A stretch of DNA of 48,786 bases. Origin: Octopus sinensis (lineage: Eukaryota). Positions 12,343 through 22,679 of the stretch are shown here, in pieces; positions within the stretch are counted from its first letter, which is position 1; every line of letters starts with the position of its first letter. The notes under the pieces are model-generated. The model was not told where the DNA came from, did not search any database, and saw nothing but the letters and a program-made list of their open reading frames with translations. The stretch spans positions 1 through 48,786 of the forward strand of contig NW_021835064.1 in the NCBI RefSeq assembly GCF_006345805.1. Reading direction: 5' to 3'. The position numbers and the translations under genes were made by a program.

Positions 12343-12758
12343 GGCGGCGAGCTGGCAGAAACGTTAGCACGCCGGCCGTAATGCTTAGCTGTATTTCGTC
12401 TGCAGTTACGTTCTGAGTTCAAATTCCACCGAGGTCGACTTTGCCTTTCATCCTTTCGGGGTCGATTAAATAAGTACCAGGTACGCACTGGGGTCGATAT
12501 AATCGACTTAATCTGTTTGTCTGTCCTTGTTTATCCTCTTTGTGTTTAGCTCCTTGTTGGTAGTAAAGAAATAGGTATTTCGTCTGCCTTTACGTTCTGA
12601 GTTCAAATTCCGCCGCGGTCGACTTTGCCTTTCATCCTTTCGGGATCGATTAAATAAAGTACCAGTTTCGCACTGGGGTCGATATAATCGACTTAATCCG
12701 TTTGTCTGTCCTTGTTTGTCCCCTCTATGTTTAGCCCCTTGTGGGTAATAAAGAAATA
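12343..12758 (+). mobile_element. tRNA-derived SINE family B, head plus two tandem body units, with 17-bp TSD
   Basis: GGCGGCGAGCTGGCAGAA head, GAGTTCAAATTCC B-box. TSD TATATAT(T/C)AGTCTCCAA at 12326-12342 and 12759-12775. Confidence 0.9.
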
Positions 12759-13089
12759 TATATATCAGTCTCCAACTTGTGGCAGTTCAAATTTGATTTT
12801 TTTTCAGAACGTCGTTATGAACTGCTCCACGAAAGTAGAATGAGAAACAAAATTAAGACGTACCAGCTTCCCGCAGTCTTTTGTTCTCTCTATTATTCTA
12901 TCTCATTACCTACAATACGTGTGGAGATCACTTCTCAAAAATTTCTTTTAGGCTGTTGTATTTCAGAATGGTCATTTTGCCAGTTTAGCCAATAAAAACA
13001 CACGCACTATATATTTGGTGTTACTTTGCTTCAGCGTTATTTATTTTTTGCATTAATCTTAATCTTACTTTTAGGCTGTTTAAAAAAAA

Positions 13090-13680
13090 AGATGATCATG
13101 GTTTGAAGACCCTTCCTAGGAGGAATTCCAACCAGGTGTCGTGGTTATAGGATCCAGACGCTAAAGACATCATCAGGAAGAACCACGTCCGGTTTCGGCC
13201 CCTACTCCTCTACCGTTTCGGAGGTGTCTTCAGCTCTGGTGTTGAGTGCATTTCTTCTTTTTTCTCTTTCTGTCTTTTGTTCCATGGCCTCTTCGATGCA
13301 GCGTCAACGAATGTCGGCGAGCGACTGACCATCCTGCCAAATTTCCCTTTAAATACTTACTGGTAGGCTCCAGCAGCCAGCACCGGCTAGTTGTCAAGTG
13401 ACACTGTTTAAACTTCAACTGACCAATGGAGGGGAAATGTGCGTAATCTTAGACTGCATTCTCACAAAACCTGCCTTCAAACAGTATCATGTTAGTTACA
13501 GTTCCAGCAGCCAGATCCGACCAGGTGTTTGGTGGTACAAGCCTTCGAACCAGGAGGACGGAGTGCCATCAACGAGACCGCTACCTGTAAATCAGCGATG
13601 CTGCTTAAGCGTTAACCAGTCTCACCAAGCGATGCTATTTCCAGCCGGCATGCCATGGTTTTCAAGCCATTTTACTACAT
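13090..13680 (-). other. GC-richer unclassified segment, possibly an LTR/pLTR remnant
   Basis: Compositional island with a CCAAT-like box (GACCAATGG) and a TATA-like GTATTTAAAGGG on the minus strand; no second copy. Confidence 0.25.
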
Positions 13681-13811
13681 CAAAGATTACTCAAAATCAA
13701 ACAATTATAACAACGAAAGTAATTGTATATACGCATTATATACAAGTACTTACAAATTACAGGTTCAAGGACTCTTAATTCTCGTTTCTTTTTGGCACAA
13801 ATAGTGTACAG

Positions 13812-13951
13812 ACGACAATGATGATGTTGATGATGATAATGATGATGATAATGATGATGATTGTAATGATGATGACGAGAAGGATAATGGTGATGATGCC
13901 AACGACGACGATGACGATGCCGACAACGCTAATATAATAATAATAATAATA

Positions 13952-13987
<36 letters not shown>

Positions 13988-14105
13988 GAAGAAGAGAAGA
14001 AGAAGAAGAAGAAATAATAATGATGATGACGATGATGATGATAATGATGATGATGATGATGATGACGAGGAGGATAATGGTGATGATGCCAACGATGAAG
14101 ACGAC

Positions 14106-14145
<40 letters not shown>

Positions 14146-14157
14146 TATATAATAATA

Positions 14158-14200
<43 letters not shown>

Positions 14201-14290
14201 CGACGACGACGACGACGACGACGCACAACAGCAGCTAAAAGCAAGAACAGAGAAAACAGCAGCATCAACAACAACAACAACAATAATACA
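13812..14290. repeat. Compound trinucleotide repeat (GAT/TAA/GAA/GAC/CAA) with an internal ~200-bp duplication
   Basis: GATGATGACGA(G/A)(A/G)AGGATAATGGTGATGATGCCAACGA occurs twice, each followed by (TAA)n. Confidence 0.9.
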
Positions 14291-14641
14291 AAGCAAAATT
14301 TGTTGAAGAATAAGAGAAACAAAAAAAAATAAAGAATCCAGCAGAATGAATGGTAAGTGGAAGACCACTGCTACAATGACATTCGATGCTTTGAGTAAAC
14401 AGGCAATTAATTTTTCACGCGGTTTGCTTTTCAATTCATTTTTGTTTCTGTTCTGTAAATGTTTTCGCTTTCTGTCAAACGTTTCAACTTTTTAAAAAAC
14501 ATTAAAACTATACTCACGCAACTTTTAACTTTTAGATACGGTGTTTATGTTTTTTATCTACGAAAAGTTGCAGTTGTTAAAACAAAGGCTTAGCCGCAAA
14601 ACAATGAACACATTTTTCTATTATTAACCGATAACAAAAAG

Positions 14642-14731
<90 letters not shown>

Positions 14732-14817
14732 GCATACATATTATATATACATATAAAGAAGTTATATACCCTTTAGTCAGTGAAAACACAAGTTTGAAAC
14801 CCTTGTGTGCTTTCGCA

Positions 14818-15170
<353 letters not shown>

Positions 15171-15264
15171 CCTTCTTCCCCCTTCTCTCTAAAAGTGTGT
15201 GTAAGCATCTGTTTTTCTGTAGGTATGTATGTACGTCCATACATACATACATACATATATACAT

Positions 15265-16015
15265 ACACTTTGAATTCAATGAAATATAAAAGAAACGAAA
15301 AATACAACAGGGAACCTGGTTTAGTAAATACCGTTTATCGCTTAAATGAATGAAAACAGTGGCAGCGGTTCGGACGATAGTCCTTCATCAAAACAAGAGA
15401 AATACATTGCGAGAATAAGAAAGAGGAAAAGGGTTGAACAAGAATATGTTTGAATATCTAGAGATCATATAATACTATATATATATATGTATATATGATA
15501 TAATACTATATATATATGTATATATACAGAAGGCTTGTTTTATAAGGTTAAAGAATATATTTAAGTCGTTATGTTAGAAAAATGTTATAAAATTTTGCGT
15601 ATAGTAAGATAGTTTTTGGAGAAATTACCTGTTTCGTGTAAACTTTTCAAATTTCTCAAATATCTTTACCTACATCGTGTCATGTCTTCGTTGTGAAGTG
15701 CAAAGTAGAGTTCCAGGCAGGGGGAGGTAATAAGGTATTTCTTCCGGTATAAGAGAGATAATCGCCTTATACTTCTTTTCCTCTTTTTTAACGAGATGAG
15801 TTTCTCTGTATAAGACTGTTAAGATGGTTAAGTTCAGGCTTATATTTTTCGATGAAGAATGTTTCCTTGTTTAGTCTAATTTGTGTTGGTGTTCCAATAG
15901 CACATTGATAGAATTGAAAGATTAAAAATTGTGGTAGTAGATGCTTTGCGCATTTCTCAATATGCTCACTAAAGGGTATCATTCTGTATTCTGGGAATGC
16001 AATCTGTTGATACCC
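15265..16015 (-). mobile_element. Penelope-like element 3' fragment: GIY-YIG endonuclease C-terminus, 3' UTR/pLTR and degenerate HHR
   Basis: Minus frame reads QQIAFPEYRMIPFSEHIEKCA...IRLNKETFFIEKYKPELN, matching the PLE GIY-YIG H/E/P-LN end motifs from recall. TTGATGA-A-GGAC-TATC-GTCC-GAAC at 15365-15391. Confidence 0.7.
15788..16009 (-). pseudogene. GIY-YIG endonuclease C-terminal remnant of a Penelope-like ORF
   Basis: ORF track 15788-15982, open a few codons further upstream; 5'-truncated. Confidence 0.65.
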
Positions 16016-16230
16016 TTTACTCTTTTACTCTTTTACTTGTTTCAGTCATTTGACTGCGGCCATGCTGGAGCACCACCTTTAGTCGAGCAAATCCACCCCA
16101 GGACTTATTCTTTGTAAGCCTAGTACTTATTCTATCGGTCTCATTTGCCGAACCGCTAATTTACTAAGACGTAAGCACAGCAGCATCGGTTGTCAAGCGA
16201 TGTTGGGGGGACAAACACAGACACACAAAC

Positions 16231-16260
<30 letters not shown>
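16016..16260 (-). mobile_element. SINE family A, 3' half, split by the HHR array
   Basis: Tail TTTACTCTTTTACTC... through GGACAAACACAGACAC, then (TACA)n(TA)n. Confidence 0.85.
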
Positions 16261-16261
<1 letters not shown>

Positions 16262-16510
16262 AGTTTAACAATTAAGGATAATCTCTTATAAGGGATCTTA
16301 CAAGAAATTATCGGGTAGCTAGCGTGAAAACCTCATAAAAGAAAAGAATCCGAAAATAATTTTTTTCTTTTGAACAAATTAATTATATCTATATTGTATA
16401 AGGGCATTATTACACATAAATGCCTCACACTAGGAGGGACAAAGTCATTACTACCAAAAATTATACTAATCATACCCAATGCAGTTTTTCAAAGCAAGAC
16501 ATTTAAAAAT

Positions 16511-16579
16511 GAATTATGTTCTGTATCACCGTGATTTCACATACAACTTGCGTCTAATGATCCTCAGCAGAACTGATTC
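16511..16579 (-). ncRNA. Type I hammerhead ribozyme, unit 1 (intact)
   Basis: Exact reverse complement of 19289-19357. Confidence 0.8.
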
Positions 16580-16981
16580 TGAATACATCATAAATAACCA
16601 ACCTTATGTAGCGAAGACGAACAGACAACTGTTCACCTCCGGCCAAGCACATGGAATGTTTATAAATCATATATCCGGTAAATGGCGGGCTTTTTTACGA
16701 ATGCATGTCGGGTAATGAAAAGTATTTCGGATAAGTTTAACAATTAAGGATAATCTCTTAATAAGGGATCTTAACAAGAAATTATCGGTAGCTAGCGTGA
16801 AACCTCATAAAAGAAAAGAATCCGAAAATAATTTTTTTCTTTTGACAAATTAATTTATCTATATTGTATAAAGGGCATTATTACACATAAATGCCTCACA
16901 CTAGGAGGGACAAAGTCATTACTACCAAAAATTATACTAATCATACCCAAATGCAGTTTTTCAAGCAAGACATTTAAAAAT

Positions 16982-17049
16982 GAATTATGTTCTGTATCAC
17001 CGTGATTTCACATACAACTTGCGTCTAATGATCTCAGCAGAACTGATTC
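16982..17049 (-). ncRNA. Type I hammerhead, unit 2 (1-nt deletion in the CUGAGGA core)
   Basis: ATCTCAG instead of ATCCTCAG; mutation or assembly error. Confidence 0.6.
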
Positions 17050-17454
17050 TGAATACATCATCATAAAACAACCTTATGTAGCGAAGACGAACAGACAACT
17101 GTTCACTCCGCCAAGCACATGGAATGTTTATAAATCATATATCCGGTAAATGGCGGGCTTTTTAACGAACTGCATGTCGGTAATGAAAGTATTTCGGAAT
17201 AAGTTTAACAATTAAGGATAATCTCTAATAAGGGATCTTAACAAGAAATTATCGGGTACTAGCGTGAAAACCTCATAAAAGAAAAGAATCCGAAAATAAT
17301 TTTTTTCTTTTGAACAATTAATATATCTATATTGTATAAAGGGCATTATTACACATAAATGCTCACACTAGGAGGGACAAAGTCATTACTATACCAAAAT
17401 TATACTATCCTAACATACCCAAATGCAGTTTTTCAAAGCAAGACATTTAAAAAT

Positions 17455-17523
17455 GAATTATGTTCTGTATCACCGTGATTTCACATACAACTTGCGTCTA
17501 ATGATCCTCAGCAGAACTGATTC
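17455..17523 (-). ncRNA. Type I hammerhead, unit 3 (intact)
   Basis: Identical to consensus. Confidence 0.8.
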
Positions 17524-17924
17524 TGAATACATCATAAATAAACCCACCTTATGTAGCGAAGACGAACAGACAACTGTTCACTCCGGCCAAGCACATGGAA
17601 TGTTTATAAATCATATATCCGGTAAATGGCGGGCTTTTTACGAACTGCATGTCGGGTAATGAAAGTATTTCGGATAAGTTTAACAATTAAGGATAATCTC
17701 TTAATAAGGGATCTTAACAAGAAATTATCGGGTAGCTAGCGTGAAACCTCATAAAAGAAAAGAATCCGAAAATAATTTTTTTTTTTGAAAAATTAATTAT
17801 ATCTATATTGTATAAAGGGCATTATTACACATAAATGCCTCACACTAGGAGGGACAAGTCATTACTACCAAAAATTATACTATCATACCCAAATGCAGTT
17901 TTTCAAAGCAAGACATTTAAAAAT

Positions 17925-17991
17925 GAATTATGTTCTGTATCACCGTGATTCACATACACTTGCGTCTAATGATCCTCAGCAGAACTGATTC
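17925..17991 (-). ncRNA. Type I hammerhead, unit 4 (two 1-nt deletions, including in GAAA)
   Basis: GTGATTCAC and ATACACT each lack one base. Confidence 0.55.
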
Positions 17992-18391
17992 TGAATACAT
18001 CATAAATAAACCCACCTTATGTAGCGAGACGAACAGACAACTGTTCACTCCGGCCAAGCACATGGAATGTTTATAAATCATATATCCGGTAAATGGCGGG
18101 CTTTTTACGAACTGCATGTCGGGTATGAAAAGTATTTCGGAATAGTTTAACAATTAAGGATAATCTCTTAATAAGGGATCTTAACAAGAAATTATCGGGT
18201 AGCTAGCGTGAAAACCTCATAAAAGAAAAGAATCCGAAAATAATTTTTTTCTTTTGAACAAATTAATTATATCTATATGTATAAAGGGCATTATTACACA
18301 TAAATGCCTCACACTAGGAGGGACAAAGTCATTACTACCAAAATTTACTAATCATACCAAATGCAGTTTTTCAAAGCAAGACTTTAAAAAT

Positions 18392-18458
18392 GAATTATTT
18401 CTGTATCACCGTGATTTCACATACAACTTGCGTCTAATGATCCTCAGCAGACTGATTC
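18392..18458 (-). ncRNA. Type I hammerhead, unit 5 (two 1-nt deletions in stem I)
   Basis: TTATTTCTG and CAGACTG each lack one base. Confidence 0.6.
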
Positions 18459-18862
18459 TGAATACATCATAAATAAACCAACCTTATGTAGCGAAGACGA
18501 ACAGACAACTGTTCACTCCGCCAAGCACATGGAATGTTTATAAATCATATATCCGGTAATGGCGGGCTTTTTACGAACTGCATGTCGGGTAATGAAAAGT
18601 ATTTCGGAATAAGTTTAACAATTAAGGATAATCTCTTAATAAGGGATCTTAACAAGAAATTATCGGTAGCTAGCGTGAAAACCTCATAAAAGAAAAGAAT
18701 CCGAAAATAATTTTTTTCTTTTGAACAAATTAATTATATCTATATTGTATAAAGGGCATTATTACACATAAATGCCTCACACTAGGAGGGACAAAGTCAT
18801 TACTACCAAAAATTATACTAATCATACCCAAATGCAGTTTTTCAAAGCAGACATTTAAAAAT

Positions 18863-18930
18863 GAATTATGTTCTGTATCCCGTGATTTCACATACAACTT
18901 GCGTCTAATGATCCTCAGCAGAACTGATTC
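18863..18930 (-). ncRNA. Type I hammerhead, unit 6 (1-nt deletion in stem III)
   Basis: TATCCCGTGAT instead of TATCACCGTGAT. Confidence 0.6.
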
Positions 18931-19288
18931 TGAATACATCATAAATAAACCAACCTTATGTAGCGAAGACGAACAGACAACTGTTCACTCTCACTCCGGC
19001 CAAGCACATGAATGTTTATAAATCATATATCCGTAAATGGCGGGCTTTTTACGAACTGCATGTCGGGTAACGCTAGCTACCCGATAATTTCTTGTTAAGA
19101 TCCCTTATTAGAGATTATCCTTAATTGTTAAACTTATTCCGAAATACTTTTCATTACCCGACATGCAGTTCGTAAAAAGCCCGCCATTTACCGATATATG
19201 ATTTATAAACATTCCATGTGCTTGGCCGGAGTGAACAGTTGTCTGTTCGTCTTCGCTACATAAGGTTGGTTTATTTATGATGTATTCA

Positions 19289-19357
19289 GAATCAGTTCTG
19301 CTGAGGATCATTAGACGCAAGTTGTATGTGAAATCACGGTGATACAGAACATAATTC
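19289..19357 (+). ncRNA. Type I hammerhead, unit 7 (intact; predicted cleavage after 19344)
   Basis: GAAU-CA-GUUCUG [stem I] CUGAGGA U CAU-UA-GAC-GCAA-GUU-GU-AUG U [stem II] GAAA-UCAC-G-GUGA-UA^ [stem III, AUA triplet] CAGAAC-AUA-AUUC. Confidence 0.8.
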
Positions 19358-19762
19358 ATTTTTAAATGTCTTGCTTTGAAAAACTGCATTTGGGTATGAT
19401 TAGTATAATTTTTGGTAGTAATGACTTTGTCCCTCCTAGTGTGAGGCATTATGTGTAATAATGCCCTTTATACAATATAGATATAATTAATTTGTTCAAA
19501 AGAAAAATTATTTTCGGATTCTTTTCTTTTATGAGGTTTTCACGCTAGCTACCCGATAATTTCTTGTTAAGATCCCTTATTAAGAGATTATCCTTAATTG
19601 TTAAACTTATTCCGAAATACTTTTCATTACCCGACATGCAGTTCGTAAAAAGCCCGCCATTTACCGGATATATGATTTATAAACATTCCATGTGCTTGGC
19701 CGGAGTGAACAGTTGTCTGTTCGTCTTCGCTACATAAGGTTGGTTTATTTATGATGTATTCA

Positions 19763-19830
19763 GAATCAGTTCTGCTGAGGATCATTAGACGCAAGTGTAT
19801 GTGAAATCACGGTGATACAGAACATAATTC
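19763..19830 (+). ncRNA. Type I hammerhead, unit 8 (1-nt deletion in distal stem II)
   Basis: GCAAGTGTAT lacks one T; core intact. Confidence 0.7.
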
Positions 19831-20234
19831 ATTTTTAAATGTCTTGCTTTGAAAAACTGCATTTGGGTATGATTAGTATAATTTTTGTAGTAATGACTTT
19901 GTCCCTCCTAGTGTGAGGCATTTATGTGTAATAATGCCCTTTATACAATATAGATATAATTAATTTGTTCAAAAGAAAAAAATTATTTTCGGATTCTTTT
20001 CTTTTATGAGGTTTTCACGCTAGCTACCCGATAATTTCTTGTTAAGATCCCTTATTAAGAGATTATCCTTAATTGTTAAACTTATTCCGAAATACTTTTC
20101 ATTACCCGACATGCAGTTCGTAAAAAGCCCGCCATTTACCGGATATATGATTTATAAACATCCATGTGCTTGGCCGGAGTGAACAGTTGTCTGTTCGTCT
20201 TCGCTACTAAGGTTGTTTATTTATGATGTATTCA

Positions 20235-20303
20235 GAATCAGTTCTGCTGAGGATCATTAGACGCAAGTTGTATGTGAAATCACGGTGATACAGAACATAA
20301 TTC
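20235..20303 (+). ncRNA. Type I hammerhead, unit 9 (intact)
   Basis: Identical to consensus. Confidence 0.8.
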
Positions 20304-20708
20304 ATTTTTAAATGTCTTGCTTGAAAAACTGCATTTGGGTATGATTAGTATAATTTTTGGTAGTAATGACTTTGTCCCTCCTAGTGTGAGGCATTTATGT
20401 GTAATAATGCCCTTTATACAATATAGATATAATTAATTTGTTCAAAAGAAAAAAATTATTTTCGGATTCTTTTCTTTTATGAGGTTTTCACGCTAGCTAC
20501 CCGATAATTTCTTGTTAAGATCCCTTATTAAGAGATTATCCTTAATTGTTAAACTTATTCGAAATACTTTTCATTACCCGACATGCAGTTCGTAAAAAGC
20601 CCGCCATTTACCGGATATATGATTTATAAACATTCCATGTGCTTGGCCGGATGAACAGTTGTCTGTTCGTCTTCGCTACATAAGGTTGGTTTATTTATGA
20701 TGTATTCA

Positions 20709-20777
20709 GAATCAGTTCTGCTGAGGATCATTAGACGCAAGTTGTATGTGAAATCACGGTGATACAGAACATAATTC
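20709..20777 (+). ncRNA. Type I hammerhead, unit 10 (intact)
   Basis: Identical to consensus. Confidence 0.8.
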
Positions 20778-21186
20778 ATTTTTAAATGTCTTGCTTTGAA
20801 AAACTGCATTTGGGTATGATTAGTATAATTTTTGGTAGTAATGACTTTGTCCCTCCTAGTGTGAGGCATTTATGTGTAATAATGCCCTTTATACACAATA
20901 GATATAATTAATTTGTTCAAAAGAAAAAAATTATTTTCGGATTCTTTTCTTTTATGAGGTTTTCACGCTAGCTACCCGATAATTTCTTGTTAAGATCCCT
21001 TATTAAGAGATTATCCTTAATTGTTAAACTTATTCCGAAATACTTTTCATTACCCGACATGCAGTTCGTAAAAAGCCCGCCATTTACCGGATATATGATT
21101 TATAAACATTCCATGTGCTTGGCCGGAGTGAACAGTTGTCTGTTCGTCTTCGCTACATAAGGTTGGTTATTTTATGATTGTATTCA

Positions 21187-21255
21187 GAATCAGTTCTGCT
21201 GAGGATCATTAGACGCAAGTTGTATGTGAAATCACGGTGATACAGAACATAATTC
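21187..21255 (+). ncRNA. Type I hammerhead, unit 11 (intact)
   Basis: Identical to consensus. Confidence 0.8.
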
Positions 21256-21663
21256 ATTTTTAAATGTCTTGCTTTGAAAAACTGCATTTGGGTATGATTA
21301 GTATAATTTTTGGTAGTAATGACTTTGTCCCTCCTAGTGTGAGGCATTTATGTGTAATAATGCCCTTTATACAATATAGATATAATTAATTTGTTCAAAG
21401 AAAAAAATTATTTTCGGATTCTTTTCTTTTATGAGGTTTTCACGCTAGCTACCCGATAATTTCTTGTTAAGATCCCTTATTAAGAGATTATCCTTAATTG
21501 TTAAACTTATTCCGAAATACTTTTCATTACCCGACATGCAGTTCGTAAAAAGCCCGCCTTTTACCGGATATATGATTTATAACATTCCATGTGCTTGGCC
21601 GGAGTGAACAGTTGTCTGTTCGTCTTCGCTACATAAGGTTGTTTATTTATGATGATGTATTCA

Positions 21664-21732
21664 GAATCAGTTCTGCTGAGGATCATTAGACGCAAGTTGT
21701 ATGTGAAATCACGGTGATACAGAACATAATTC
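21664..21732 (+). ncRNA. Type I hammerhead, unit 12 (intact)
   Basis: Identical to consensus. Confidence 0.8.
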
Positions 21733-21847
21733 ATTTTTAAATGTCTTGCTTTGAAAAACTGCATTTGGGTATGATTAGTATAATTTTTGGTAGTAATGAC
21801 TTTGTCCCTCCTAGTGTGAGGCATTTATGTGTAATAATGCCCTTTAT

Positions 21848-21855
<8 letters not shown>

Positions 21856-21886
<31 letters not shown>

Positions 21887-22008
21887 GACGGGCTTCTTTC
21901 AATCTCCGTCTACCAAATCAACTCACAATGCTTTGGTCGACCCGGTGTCCAAGGTGCCATGCAGTGGGTTGAACACGGAATCATTTTACTAACCACACAA
22001 CCACTCCT
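21856..22008 (-). mobile_element. SINE family A, 5' half (partner of 16016-16260)
   Basis: (TA)n then CGACGGGCTTCTTTC...TCTACCAAATC...CCACACAACCACTCC is the family A head in reverse. Confidence 0.8.
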
Positions 22009-22109
22009 GAACTTTTTATATTTATTTTTCAGTAATGACCACACCCTTCCCTCTATTCTTATCTTTCTCATCCTACTTCCTAAAATCTTGCAAGGACACC
22101 AGCCCTGTG

Positions 22110-22150
<41 letters not shown>

Positions 22151-22229
22151 ACCTATCTGTCTATGCTTTCCTCATCCTTTATTATTTTTTCTTCTTTCTT
22201 GATTGTCCTGAAACCTTTCTCTGTCAATA

Positions 22230-22261
<32 letters not shown>

Positions 22262-22270
<9 letters not shown>

Positions 22271-22628
22271 GGCATTTTTTCAAAATACGCCAGCTAAACT
22301 TGTTGTACTGTTTATTAGTGGTAAGACACCTGCTGCTTTTGTCCTGTTTTTACCATTATTGTTTTTTGTATTTTATATTTGTGTGGCATCGTCCGTTTTT
22401 CTGTCCCTGTTCGTATACATTCGATCCTTCTTCTAAGAAATCTAATGCTCGTAGATTAGTTTTTCTTTGGGGCTGGCCGGATAGGAGCGATCCCAAGATT
22501 AATCAGCCGAAATTGCTAGGATGATCCAGTTCTTGACTGAAGATTGAAGGCTTCGAATGTCCCGTCCGTGTTTTTTGTATCGTCTTCTAAATGTTTTTAT
22601 GTTCTTGTCCCAGTTTGTATTTTTCTAC
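22262..22628 (+). mobile_element. Possible PLE pLTR-like remnant between two (TA)n tracts
   Basis: T-rich segment with CTGAAGA..GAAG/CTTC..GAATGTC and GGCTG/CAGCC-GAAA half-motifs, flanked by TA runs. Confidence 0.3.

Positions 22629-22679
<51 letters not shown>

Larger units (their letters stand above)
16261..21855. mobile_element. Head-to-head tandem array of ~470-478-bp hammerhead-containing units (retrozyme-like), about 12 units
   Basis: HHR start positions 16511, 16982, 17455, 17925, 18392, 18863 (minus) and 19289, 19763, 20235, 20709, 21187, 21664 (plus). Orientation switches at 19070/19071. Confidence 0.9.

Noticed and set aside
13155-13240. CTGAAGA/CTGATGA and GAAAC motifs on the minus strand as an HHR
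   Set aside because: No consistent stem I or stem II can be formed in any topology I tried.
13765-14434. Poly-His/Tyr/Ser proteins
   Set aside because: Products of the compound trinucleotide repeat.
15970-16019. 12-bp inverted repeat at the PLE 5' truncation point
   Set aside because: Part of it overlaps the SINE A tail, so it may be coincidental; too short to interpret.
19000-19160. Central inversion as a simple missed-adapter or foldback read artefact
   Set aside because: The flanks are complementary halves of one SINE rather than mirror images, and the centre has an 83-bp asymmetric spacer. Misassembly is not fully excluded without reads.
16479-21824. Recurrent 64-113-aa ORF in the array unit (MQFFKARHLKMNY...)
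   Set aside because: It is antisense to the HHR, resembles no family I recognise, and its ends vary with indels; it recurs only because the unit does.
16261-21855. CRISPR-like or protein-coding tandem repeat interpretation
   Set aside because: No unique spacers, no cas genes, eukaryotic context; whole units are near-identical.
22470-22565. Functional HHR in the 22262-22628 segment
   Set aside because: Only half-motifs (GAAU instead of GAAA; GGCUG/CAGCC-GAAA without a CUGANGA); at most a fossil.
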